This document shows, one piece after another, positions 11,337 through 23,950 of a stretch of 64,000 bases of DNA. The position numbers were made by a program, and so were the translations under genes. The notes below the pieces were generated by a model. It ran no database searches, was not told the DNA's origin, and saw nothing but the letters and a program-made list of their open reading frames with translations. The stretch is from Trichosphaerium sp. ATCC 40318 (Eukaryota; Protista; Tubulinea), in NCBI GenBank assembly GCA_038496445.1, contig JALMLS010000561.1:62001-126000 (forward strand). The letters are read 5' to 3'. Each line of letters opens with the position of its first letter. Position 1 is the stretch's first letter.

Positions 11337-13021
11337 ATGGCAGACACGGAAGTATTTCAAGCAGCTGGACATGGATCCGTTGTTGTTGGCAAAAAAGGCA
11401 CTGTACTAAAGGTAACGTTGTTGTCTAGATGCTTTTTAGTAGTATACGAGTGTATTTATTTGATTTTAAACTAAATCGTTAAAATAATTGCCGTTAGGAA
11501 GTTCAAAAGCAAGAATTAGAGTTCTACGAGAAGATGACAGCAGGTGCATACGGTTTAACAGATGATGAGAAAAAATTGTTCTGTGGCTACTTTGGCAAGA
11601 AAGAACGTGATGGCAAAGGTACATTTTAGGCATTGAACGCGTTTACACCATTAGAACGCTAAACTAAACGTGCTGCTATTTCGAGCGATGTGTCACAATT
11701 TTTTTTCTGAAGCTGATTTTTTTTTTAGAGTACATCGAAATTGAAGATTTAAGGGCTGGCTACGCCAAAGTAAGTGTGGTGTATTGATAGTATAAACTCA
11801 TTTGTATCCTAGGCATGTATTATGGATATTAAAATGGGCACTTCAAGCGCAGGACCTGATGCTAAGGTACAGTTTTATTTTTCAGTTAGCTTTTTTTATC
11901 CGTTAGTTGGTTTTTGTGCTTGCTAGTTGAGCTGTATGCTTCATGTTGTCATATGATCATTCAGTGCTATACTGCATGATGCAATTTGAATATCATCGTC
12001 AATTTATGACGTCTTGTTTATAGGGTGATAAAAGAAAACGAATGGAAGCAAAAGATGCTCAAACTACAACGACTTCTCTTGGTATTAGAATCTCTGGCCT
12101 TCGTGTACGTCTTTTAGACAGGACTCTTATTTTATTGTGCAATATTTAATTTAATACTTTTTCGAAATCACGTGATACGAATTCTAACTGACTTTTTACA
12201 TTCTGGTTTTGCATCGTTCTAACTTTTTATTATTATTTAGTCGTACATTCTTGATAAGGTATAGCTCGCTTACCTCGTTTTATTTTTGTCTAAACATAAG
12301 CTTGTAAGGATGACTATGATTCCAGAGATAAACCATGGGGAAAGAAAGTTACTGATAAGACAATGAAAGAATCTCTTACGTTGTTCTTTAACAACGGCAA
12401 AACAATTAGGTAAAAAATTGCCTTCAAACTTTTCCAAGTTGCGGATTTTGAAGGCCTGAGAATTATTCATTCTTATTGAGAGTTTTTATATTAACTCATG
12501 CCATAGGAAGGATGTCATTAAAATGTTTTTGGAACAGCTAAAGCCTGTTCAAGAATTTTTCGAACGTCAGAGTAAGATTAAGGTTTTCTCTAGCTCTATT
12601 CTATTCGTTTATGATGGTACGTTCTGCTCCAGTTACATGTTTTTCTTGCTAGTCACCACTTTTTTTGCAAGTATCAGCCATATCTCGACCATATTTCCGT
12701 GCTGTCAATCAAGACAATCCTATTAAAAACCAACGATGTCATGAAATCGTTTTCTTTCTTAGTTGACTTTTTTTTTTGTGACAACCAAGTCCTGCCATTT
12801 ACTTATTAAATAGGTGCTTCAAAAGATCCAGTTGGACGTCTTCGCATAATAGATATGGCTCATGTTTTCCCTATTACTGATAAAAGTAAAGACGAGGTAT
12901 GTCACCTAATGTTTCCTCTGAAAAGAAAAACTGTTTTTTCTTATGTTTGGATGTTTAGGGATACCGTGTCGGTATGAAGAACTTGATAGATGTATTCACC
13001 CAAATTGCTGAAAGCAAATAA
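11337..13021 (+). CDS. Inositol polyphosphate kinase (IPK/IPMK family), multi-exon
   Basis: FQAAGH, ELEFYE, YIEIEDL, CIMDIKMG, SLGIRISG, SSILFVYD, RIIDMAH, DEGY. Confidence 0.92.
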
Positions 13022-13453
13022 GTACCTCGTGATACAACTTCGAGAGGCATTTACATTATGTGTACCTTATACAAATGGTATTAATAAACAGTTCTAACTA
13101 ACAACCAGCATGTGGTTGTTGGTTACACATGAGCAAGGTTATGCATTATGCAATATTTCGGTTGTACATTTCTTTGACTCTATTATCTCCTGTTCTAGCC
13201 GCGTTAATGCATTGCTTTTCGACTTACGTGAAAAGTACTTCGTACAGTAAGTTAAGTGTAGTCGCGTATTTTCAAGAAACCAGAATCCTCAACACTGATA
13301 AACATCAATTAACGCTAACAAACCTTCATATATACTAAGGTTATTCAATACTCCTTTGACACAATAAATAAACTTGATCACGTGACGATTAATCTACTAA
13401 AACCTTAAAAATCGGAAAAACAATTGACAAAATAAGCCTAAAGAAGTTGGGAG

Positions 13454-15925
13454 ATGTTTCTATCACGATTGGTTTTATTTGTACTCGTTTTCGCTTTATT
13501 AGCAATTGGCGACTCAATAAGCTACAGCCAGCCTCAAATTCAAACTATTTTCTTGGCACCAGATGGAGACGACGTAAAAGTAAGGTTTTCTTCTTTTTTT
13601 TACATTGAAACACGTGTTTAAACAAGAAGGGTAGCGGAACAGTTTTGGAACCATACAAGACGTTAGAAGGTATTGGTATTCACCCTAGCCAAGGTGTATG
13701 TAATGGAGGACCAAACTCTGTTTGCACGGTGTACTTCCAAGGTCAGTACTGTTGTTTGGTCTTTTTCTAAAGACTGTTCGTAGGTGGTAATTACCCAAGT
13801 TCTAATTACACTCTGCAATGGAATAAAAAAACGAGGGGAGGTTTAAACTTAGAATGGCGTAATTGGCAAGAAGGAGGACCTATATCAAAGCCGTCAAGTC
13901 CAGATTTCTTTGTACAATTCCCTAAATAATCAGCTTGTTTCATCTTACCCAAACTGTAGAAAATAGAAGGAATCAACAACACGGAAGACAACATTACTAC
14001 AGTAAATGTGACTGGTTTGAACGGAAGACAAAACTACATTAATACCGACGTTAACCTTTATAACTGCAGTTTCACAGGAGTAGAACAGCGTATGCATCTA
14101 TTTAATTCAACACGTGATTTCTTACTTTTTTTTGTTTGAACACAGTTACTGTATACAATATTATTGATATCTTTACAAGTGTGCGTATTGATTCATGTAT
14201 ACTCGATGGATCTGCACTTCACATAACTAGCGTTCAAAGGGTTCTATTATCTAATATTATATGGACAAATGCGAATCAGACTTTGAGAGGTTTGGTTTTT
14301 TTCAGAACTCATTCAATCAGACATTGTTGATTTTTTTACATTACTACTTTGAGGACAATAGTCTATATTTTATAACAATACCATGAATTTTAACCTTTTG
14401 TTAATGACCAAATTATTAAAGTAGTGTACTCGGACACCTAACACGTGTACAGTTTGACAAAAGTGTTTCGCTTTTTCATATCAACTCCTTTATTTTATGT
14501 TTCAACTAATGATTCTTACATCTAGCGATTACTGTACAAATACTAGATAGTGTTATTGATTTCAATGATAATGATGGAATTTATCTAGCTTATACTGCAC
14601 CTTTAGTAAACGTTCAACGTACCAGTTTTATTAATTGCAATTCTTCGGAAGCTGTAAGTCAATTTTTTTCTTTTTTTTTCTTCCTTCATTGATTCTTCAT
14701 TAGGACTATGGCTACTTACGCCTTGTAAATGAAAATCCGTTTATCGTAATATGGAATATCACTGGAAATAATTTTACCGGAATGGGTCCTTACGTTGCAG
14801 TAGAATGGGATTCAGATACAGCAGAAGCAGAAATTTTCATAGCATCGAACACATTTAGCTATTCTGTATGTTGTTTTTCATGTTTTTTTCGTACAGTCAC
14901 GTGGGTTTTTTGTCGTTTTCATTAGACTAAAAGCATACTATAATAGCGAATTATAAAAGATGATTTACGATAAACCTAAAAGCCCTCACCAACAAAAAAA
15001 AAACCACTTTTTGTTTACTGTTTATATTGTCTTTGTATTAACTTTTTTTTTAAAAGAGGTCATTTGTGATTGTAACAGATAGTAACTTTACAATGAAGTA
15101 CCTTTTCCTAAGAGCAAAGAATAATATAATCGCTAAAAAAGGTACTTTCTCAACTTTTAAGAAATCACGTGCATGCAAACTTTGATTAAGTACAAACGTA
15201 GAAAAATGCAAACCTGGAAATTATTCCTTCCATAATCTTTTTCCATGCATACCATGTCAACCCGGTACTTTTTCACAAGACCCATACGACCTTTATTGCA
15301 AACCTTGTTCTGTTGGTACTTTTTCACATTCTGGAAAATCTACATGTTCGCTTTGTCCTGCAGGAACACATAACAACAAAACGTAAAGGAACACATGTAT
15401 ACAAATACTAAAATTCTGTTTTAGAGGTCAAGAAAAATGTGAGCCGTGTTATCCTCCTTATTACGCCCCAACCGGTTCTATAGACTGTATTTTATGTCCT
15501 CCCGGCAACGAGGCAAGTGTAAATGGAACACGGTGCACTCAGGTATGAAAAGCTTGTTGACATATATAATGTATTTTTTCTAAAATGATTTGACATTCCA
15601 GTGCTCGGAGGGACAATATGAAGATGAAGGCAAATGTAATAACTGTTTATTTCTAACGTCTATGCCTGGATCAACGTCATGTCAGCTAAGTACGTATAAA
15701 AGAGCTATACAATAGCATGTAGTTAACTTTCTTTAAGTTCCATTGTGGTCATATATTGGAGTTGGTGTTGCAATAGCTACTATTCTATTTCTAGTCAGTA
15801 CGTCCACATTACTGTTTCTCAGCATTATACCATCTTACATTATTCTAGTATCCATTACTATTTGTGTACGTTATTGTCGAACCAAGAAGTATAAGAGATT
15901 AGATCCATCATTGCAAACCCAGTAA
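13454..15925 (+). CDS. Type I membrane protein: beta-helix-like N-terminus, Cys-rich (GCC2/GCC3, ephrin-receptor-like) repeats, TM
   Basis: Signal peptide; FLAPDGDD..GSGT..PYKT motif; CxPGTFS...CxxC repeats; C-terminal TM and short tail. Confidence 0.75.
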
Positions 15926-17005
15926 ATATGTAATAAAAAAAGTAAACAGGTTCATAAATGTCAGTTTTTTTCTTTCCCACAGCTAATACTAATACTATTC
16001 ATGCACACCAACTAGTGCAAGCATGCTCATGCTAGTTTTTTTGGAATAATAAAGTGGTTTTACTTATTCCAAATCAAACACGTGGCGAGAAATCAGCACA
16101 AGAATACAGTCCTTACTAACACTCAAAATAATAGTGCACGGAAACATCATCCTTTTTTTGGAAAATGGCACCATAATCTTTTTGTGCTGGGTCACGTGAC
16201 ATCTTTTTGTTCGCAATAGTTGCCGATGTGGTAGTTGTACCCAATTAAAGACAATACGAACGCGAAATACATTTACATGGAATATACACAAAAATACGCC
16301 AGCCTGTCTGCCGTTAGTGAATTGGAGCATTGTGTAAGCGTTTCGAATTTCTTGAACGAATTTGAAGACAGAAGCTATTTTAACAGCCAAAATTCACTGT
16401 ACGTTATCAAAAAGGTGGATGTACGCACTCTATAACGTTTCGAACCGTTTTGGTAAAAATACGGATTAAAAAAACGTGATCTACGTTGTTTGGCTAAATC
16501 TCTACAGAAACTAATTTGGTATGCGAATTTCTTTGTTCCACGCGTCGTTCTATATGTTTCTGGTATCAAAACTCATTTTGACTGTTGTAGAAGCCTGTTC
16601 AACCTAACTTCCTACAAACGCAATTTCTTTACTTTCAGCGACATTGAAACAAAGTAAAATGGGTATTTACAACAATACCGGTTCGAAAGTAAGGTGGAAT
16701 TCGAGCGGTATCCATTTTTTTGAATTTGAGTTTAACCGTTAAATATCCAACTGAAGTAAACGCTTTCAGAGTGTCGAAGGTGTACTTCTGAGCGTTCTAG
16801 CGTGTGTAACAGTGTTTAATAAATTACTCACTTGAAAACGAACAAAATGAATTCGAAGTTGGATGTTGATAGGTGCCGTTACCTCTACTACATGTGCATT
16901 ATCATTACATTCACTACACCTCCAATATCTCGGTTCAACGTATATCAATTCAATCCAAAATCTCGAACCTCTAAACAGCACGACAAATGCTACAACTTTG
17001 TGATA

Positions 17006-17013
17006 TCCCACAA
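17006..17013 (+). promoter_or_regulatory. DUSE-like element TCCCACAA (also 47123-47130 on the - strand)
   Basis: Perfect WCCCAYAA; same ccacaatt core as the U2 promoter. Confidence 0.6.
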
Positions 17014-17064
17014 TTTATTTCGTGGATAAACTTGGAGGTACAAAAGGATTTCTGGATTCATGAG

Positions 17065-17351
17065 ATAATGGAAAGCAAAAGGAGTGTGTGTTCTCTTGGC
17101 GCTTTCTAAATAGAAAATAACGACATGATTTGAAGTTGATGAGAGAATTCAGTACCTCGAGGTATCGTACCTGATTCTCAACACAAACATCAATCTAGGA
17201 TCATGTTAGACTGAGGGAAACTGGCATGAACTGGTACAGTTCCTCGGTCTCGAGTGTCCTTTGGCCGGTGTTCCAGTGTACGCCGTTGTCAATGGAGTGG
17301 GGCGCTCTGTGGGTTATTAAGGAGAGGATGTCTGCTCGGCCCTATCTTTTT
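17065..17351 (+). ncRNA. Novel ~287-nt structured ncRNA candidate, copy A
   Basis: DUSE at -59, five consecutive hairpins, T5 end, structure-compatible differences from copy B. Confidence 0.65.
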
Positions 17352-18080
17352 GTGAAAAAAAGGATTAGAAGAAAAATATTGCCTATTATCTAAAACATTG
17401 TTGGCGTTAAATGTATTTCTTGTTCATGAGAGCCAAGGACTGCCTCTGGTGTGGTTACAGCTAATTTACTCTACAAGCGAATCAGATATTTCGGCGCGTT
17501 AGGGCAACCCACGCTTCACAACTTGTAAGCACAGAACATTTTGCTATTCGTTTGTTGGCTTGAACTGCTATGTGAAAAAAAGCTAGAGGTGCTTGTACGA
17601 AGCGACTAAAGCACAAGAATTAGTTACTCGTGATCTTTATGAGCTGGTTCATCGCGGCAGTTTGTTTTAAAGCTGAAATCAGCATTTATATTTCGCTAAA
17701 ATAATTCGACACGTGTGTTGTCGAAACGTTGTTTACCCGTAAACTAATAGTAAAATATCTTTGACTGCAGTAAAAATGCAGCGCGTAAATCGTTCTGGGT
17801 CCTCCCAAAATGTGTCGTTAGGAGTTATCCTTTTCGTACATGTAGAAAAATGCAAAACATTAAAGAATGCATAAATGGTAGCCATTGAAGCTACTCTCAA
17901 CTAATTCTAAAATTCCTAGTTTTGTCGCTAGTACATTCGCTAGTTGTATTATCACCTAGTAATAGTACTCTACTCGTCAAATATATGTTGTGATGATGGC
18001 GTGTTTCATAAAAAGAAATTATTCGGAACTATTTTTTGTGTTAAGTCTTGTGCGTGCAGTGAAAGTAAATCTCCGCTACG

Positions 18081-19086
18081 ATGACATCAGAAGGCTCTGT
18101 TTCTTCTAACTCTTTAAGAAGGCGTAAAAAATCATCAAAGGTTCACTTGAATATATATACACTCTCCCAAGCAAAGGGAATAAGCAACAAACTCTCAAAC
18201 AAATTTGGGTTTAAAAAAGCATACCACACAGCTGTAGAAGGTGCGCATCTACTCTATAAACAACTAGAACTTACACCAAATGCAGTTTATGGTATAGAAT
18301 ACAGCTACGATGAAACCAGAGGCACGTGATTTTGATAAACCCAGTACTAACATCATAAAGGCATTTATGCTGCAAAGCCCAGAGAGGTAAAAAACGCGAA
18401 ACTTAAAAAGGCATTGTATATGGGAACTGTACGTGCGCCTGTTGGTTTACCTTCTGTTTAACAAAATGTTTAGGCTAATATGAAATGGCCTGAAGTAAAG
18501 AATATAGTATCAGAATTGCGGTGCGCACCCAGTAAAGACACAAAACTTCGTTTCGTTTTTGGAGTCCAAAAAAATAAAAAACAGTTATTTCTCCATTTTT
18601 GCTCCTTCTACGCGCGTAAACCTACACGTGAATGGTCACGTGCGCGTAGGTTTTTCGTTAGTTGGTTATTCCGACATAAAATTTAAAGTTAAAAAAACTC
18701 CAACCACTTTTTTAACTCATCTACGAAGTAGTGAACAATATGATATAGACAACTACGATTTGATTACACGCAATTGTCATCATTTTTGTGAAAGTCTTTG
18801 TCAAGAATTGGTGGCTATGAGCATCCCATCTCACCTTACAAAGCATAGAAAGGCAGCACAACTTCATAAACCAATTATACCAAGAGTCTTAGCTCAATCA
18901 ACGGCACGCTCTTTAAAATAAAAAAAGCGAAAGTCGGTTAACAGTTTTTTTGTTTAGCCTCCAAAGGGTGACAATATTGAGCGTACGCTATCCACTGTAA
19001 ATATCTGGGCGAACTCCGAGCTACCTAACGAAGATTTCAAAGATTCTTACTCAGAGTCCGATGAGCTTTGTTACGAGATGTACTAG
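18081..19086 (+). CDS. DeSI/PPPDE (peptidase C97) family protein
   Basis: VHLNIY, YHTAVEVYGIEYSY (catalytic His), YDLITRNCHHF (catalytic Cys). Two GC-AG introns. Confidence 0.9.
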
Positions 19087-19439
19087 AAGCGAAACGAACC
19101 ACAGAGTCGACAAACAATTTTTTAAACGCTCAAGGCGATTTGTAAATAGAAAGAAGCCAAAGTGCGCATAACAATATATGAAAATAACGTATTTTGAGAA
19201 CGACAGCGCGTAAAATGACAGCCAGAATTGAGTTTTTGGAAATTGAGCCAAAATACGCTCACACGATAATAAAAAGCTTCACATGCCGTTAAACCAGTGT
19301 ACGACAATAATAAACGTACTGGGGTTTTCTGCCTGACAGTATCGATGACAACACTACGTCCACTCGTTTCTATTGTACAACCTACACCGTGTACGCTGCC
19401 AGTACGCAGTTTTTCTCTTTCCAAACTAAATTTGATAAA

Positions 19440-19847
19440 ATGTCCAAAATATGCGATATTTTTCATCTCGCGAATACCAATAAAACCACAACAACACAAA
19501 TGGAGAGTAAAGCTACGATAGATTATGAGCAAAGATGGCAAGAAATGGCTGTTTATGTCCTCTCTAAGCACTTTGTGAAACCTGACCCTACACCGCGAGT
19601 TCTCGCACCATGTACGTTAGATACACTAGTGTAACGCTACAATTTCTCAACGTTCATTCGTAAAGATCCATCCCTACGCAACCATACCTTACTGACGTTA
19701 TTAGTGTGTACCAACGGACCTATAGAGAGTATAGAGTCATTTGTCCCCACAAAACGTAGCTTCAAAGACATTAAATACACTCACAACAACACGATAAAAG
19801 GCGACATGCGTGCACTAGAGAATTGGCTGGACATGGCTAACATGTAG
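19440..19847 (+). CDS. Hypothetical 2-exon protein (~117 aa)
   Basis: A gtacgt...aag intron joins two open frames in phase. Confidence 0.5.
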
Positions 19848-20094
19848 CTGAGAAAAATCGAGTCTGCGCAGTTTTTTAATGCAGACTCGCTTTTACAGCG
19901 ATGAAACTATACTAGTTATAGTTATACGCTGCTTGTACATACGATAGAACAACCTTTGTAAATAAATAGCCTTCTTGAAAAAGTCCCTGAATTCCACCGC
20001 CAATTTAAAAGTCGTTTAAACGAAGTACTTAGCAAAGGGTAAGGTATCAAACGAAACAATACGTGTGGTTTTAGAGGTGGTAATAATTTACAAT

Positions 20095-21437
20095 TTAAAT
20101 GAGTCTAAACGAAGAACCTTCGTCGTCATCGTCAGAGCTATCGTCTTGATCTGGTAATACCTCTTTAGGCTCTGAAATCTCTTTTTCCTGCTCTGGTTCT
20201 TTGTTTTCTACAGTTTCGGTTTTTTCGCCTTCTGCGGTTTGGTTTGGCTTATTTTCTTGTGATTCGCTTTGTTCAGGCGTTTTTTCTGTTATAGCCTTGT
20301 TTGTACCATCATCCGCTATTTGTCTGATGTTGTATTTTTTGAACTCTTCGAATTTTTCGACTGTGCCGAGGAAACCAACTGTCATAAGTACTCTTATAAC
20401 TAGTATACGTTCTGGTTTATCACGTCTAAATAGATGATTGACTGACATTGTCTCTCGGATGAGATCTTTGATATCTTGTTTTTGTTTTTTTATGCCTGTA
20501 TTATTAGTTACTTTCAAATCAATATCATACTAAACGTAGGCATTAATAAGGGCTAAAACAACTTGTCTAGATAGATTATATATGTGAGAATACAAATAAC
20601 GTACCGATATAGGGATATCATTGGGGTAAGCTTTAGGAATAAACAACTTTATCCGCTCTAGAATCTCACTTGCTGGGAATGTAGTCTGTATAGGCAAGAA
20701 CCGGTTACAGTATCTGGAAAGGGTTTTAGATTATGGTGATGAGTGTGTTGTATTGAAACGGACCTTGTACATTGCTCCTTAGTCTCGATAATACGTTCAA
20801 AAATTTTAGTTACAAATGGGTTTATTGGGATTGTACTGTCAACGCAAGCCATGAATATGTAGCTCTGTGCTGGTTCAAGCCAGTAGAATCTATATTAAAG
20901 AACATGAGCGACATTATAGAGGTGTAACGGGTTAATTGGCAAAAAGTTAGAATCCCTGAATAAAATTGTACCTTCTCGCTTCTGTTGATTTCAATTCTGA
21001 TAATTCTGCTTTTAATTCATCTGCAAATGATATGTCTTTATCTTCCGTTGTAGTTTCTTTTGGTTCAACAGGATAGAACTCTTTTGAAAACTGTATTGCG
21101 TTTAGTAAGCTTCAGGAGTGCGTTAGTAATAGTAGACGTACTCTGTTCAGTAAAATAGTAAGTTCCTACACAGAACGGTTAGATTCATTGTTTAATGCGT
21201 GATTTGGGTCGAGTAAACGCGAAAATAGGTATAGGTTGCGTTTTTAAGCGTACTTGTGTGGCTTTTTTTTCTCGTCTTCTATCCACGCTCACCAATATAC
21301 CACGCAGGTTATCTGTGAACGCAGGACCATTCTTTTGTTTTTTCTACGCTACATTAACGTACTATTTTGCTTAATATACGCACAGAAGCTGTTTTATAAT
21401 AGTTACGCTTTCTCTTGTTATTATTTTTACGTGACAT
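20095..21437 (-). CDS. THUMPD1: THUMP domain protein (THUMPD1/Tan1-like)
   Basis: Basic N-terminus, LRGILVSVDRRREKKATQELTILL, INPFVTKIFE, KKYNIRQI, acidic tail. Confidence 0.75.
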
Positions 21438-21520
21438 TCTATCTTTCGTTCAAAGCGAGTTGAAAAAATCACATGAAAGATATTGACTGAATAAGTTCGT
21501 TGTGCTGGCCTGTACTGTAC

Positions 21521-22890
21521 ATGAGTTGCGTCTTCCAGTGCTTGAGGCTCTTGTGCTGCGTTGGAGACCGTCCTAGGCATTTTGCAGTAGAAGTAGCTCC
21601 GCTAGAGGAAGAAGAGGCCCTAAACGAGGGTGTAGATCGTACTCACGACATTGAGGAACCGTTAAATACATTATCAACGGAAGAAGCTGAGTTGGCTGAA
21701 CAAATAAAACGTACGTACCACGCTGTTTTGCGCTTTTAAGTACATAAAACTGGTGTAAACACAATCCAATATAATCCTAAACCAAACTCTTTAAATTGCA
21801 CTTTTTCACGCCATAACTCGTCAAAACCCGCGTTATTCCTTGTATTTTGGTTCCCCCGTCTGCTGAACTTTTACATCTTGACATTCTGCGAACGCCATCG
21901 GTTTAACTTCAACACGCTGTCCATGCTTCCCTTGGCTGTTTTTAAAAGCTAATACGACGTTTAGAAGCATTATCAGAACCGCAAGCATCAAATAATGACA
22001 CAACAACGTTACTAGCGTATATTGATGATGTTCTTTCGGATATACCTTCAGAGATACTACCAGTAGTTATATACGATATGTTTAGTCATGAAAGACGAAG
22101 ATGGAAGCATGTCAGCGAGGATAAAGCGTTTTCTTGGCTTCAACAATGTGTGACTAGTATTTTGAGTATCAAAGAACAAGAAGAGCTATTACAGTTGGTA
22201 TTGGACTTACCACCAGCAGTACTTGGTGATGAAGAAGGTATTGTAACGCTATACAAGTATAGCGTTAAATCACGTCAAATTTTCTTTTCGAAAACAAAGA
22301 TGACACATTGTGACATGTTTTTCTGTGAATTGAAAGCACTGTTTGTTATTTTTGTTAATGTATATTAATAGCTCGAGAGTCTACACGTGTATTGGTAGAT
22401 ATATTTTCTGATATAAGAAGAGCACATAGCGAGCAGAGACGAAAGTTTCCTCGATATAAAAATTTGGTAAAATATCAATTGTTTCTCTTTTTACGTTTTC
22501 TCTTTTCTTTTGACAGTTTGAACTTTTAGACTCGTATGGCTAGTGAAGAGCTTCATAAAGCATTTTGTAGACGTGTGGATATGTCGGTATGCTTAGATTA
22601 GTGTTAAAAAAGTGATAGTGATTTTTCTTTTGTAGGATATTTTGAATCATATTGCTCGTACTTTAAATCCGAGTGAACGCTTTCGTATTGTTATGGCTCA
22701 AGTGTTACTTTCAAAAATATTTCCAGCTAGAAGCGATGAACGTATTGACATAATTAAAGTATTTTTCGATGGTGCTATTTGTGCTACAGTCCTAGAAAGG
22801 TAACAACAGCTTTTCTTTCAAAAAATGGATTCTCATTTTTTTCTAATTTTTTTTCACAGGGACATCAATGAGAGTCTGATAGCCTTGTAA
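21521..22890 (+). CDS. Hypothetical multi-exon protein with an N-terminal Cys cluster (MSCVFQCLRLLCC)
   Basis: Exons join in phase through GT-AG introns; divergent from the THUMP gene, ~85 bp apart. Confidence 0.6.
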
Positions 22891-22989
22891 ATAATAAATC
22901 TCACAAACAATGTAGCCTTTTATGATTTAAGTAGCAGTGGTGGATAAATATTTCAGTGCAAGCCGTTTGAAGAAAGCTCATCCTTTTTA

Positions 22990-23205
22990 GTTTAGGCCGA
23001 GTTGTAAGCCTTGTTTTGTCATCGTATACCGTCCAGGAGATAGTATATAGATTTGTTGATATGTGATAGGCATGCGTGCGGACATAGGCTCGCAGATATG
23101 AACACGGGTCGTAGTAAAGCTTGAGTATATTCGCAATGGCTCAACGAGACCGGTGAATGATCAGTTTTATATGCAGGGCGTAGTCTGTCAGTCTACACGA
23201 TCAAA
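22990..23205 (-). ncRNA. Highly diverged relative or pseudogene of the 17065 RNA family
   Basis: gatcgtgtagactga...cggtctcg and aagg...ctcggccta in the same order as copy A. Confidence 0.35.
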
Positions 23206-23950
23206 CCAAGTCTTCTTGCTGCAACAATATATGACGGTAAATATACTCGTAATGGCGCTAAACACGCATGAATGCTAGCTAGAGCGTATTAAAAACAAGT
23301 ATGAGTGGTTTTTTAATTCGAAATTGGATACTGCATGTAGTATGATAATGCACACTTACATCTTACAATTTTTTACAAAGAGCGCACGGAATGTGCGCAC
23401 GTATGTTATGTGCGTGCTTTAGAGACGTTTTAGTAAAACTGGAGTGATACCACAACCTTTTATTTTAGTAGCTTGTGCCCTTTATAAATAATTCATGATT
23501 ATTTACTATTGATTGGCAAGGTAAACCTCCTTTACTTAGAATGGGCAGGTACCAGAGGCAATGGATTTACAGGATGGGTACGACTAGTTTGTAGGTAATA
23601 GTTATTAGGGTTGACAGGATTGACTTGGGCGATAAGGGATGGCTTGCAGAACGGTAAATATGTAGTGTTACTTAGTATAGCTAACTATTGGAGATCGGTT
23701 ACTTCAGGGCAATGTTTGTTTAATAATAATAATCCATAAATAAAAAATGGACTCATATTTTTGTTTTGCCACGTTTTTTTTTTGGACAGAAATATTCCAA
23801 AATTGTAAACCGAGGTTGAGTCCCTTTTATAGTGTGATTTCAGCTTTGAACTCTAGCAAGAATTGTTGTTCATGGTGTAATGGACCAAAGGTATTTTTAT
23901 TTGATCTGTTTTCTTTCTAAGTATTATTATTACAAGGTCACCTGGTTTTG

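Larger units (their letters stand above)
16290..17405 (+). repeat. ~1.1 kb non-coding duplication, inverted partner at ~46730-47860
   Basis: Near identity over 16840-17370, more diverged flanks, no shared ORF. Confidence 0.95.

Noticed and set aside
16966-16976. aacctctaaac as a telomerase template
   Set aside because: It lies upstream of the predicted start, and no matching telomeric repeat is visible.
17311-17345. Resemblance of taaggagagg...cggccc to SRP RNA near helices 6-8
   Set aside because: No helix 8 (GNRA loop, CAGG/AGCAG) follows and no Alu UGUNR fold was found.
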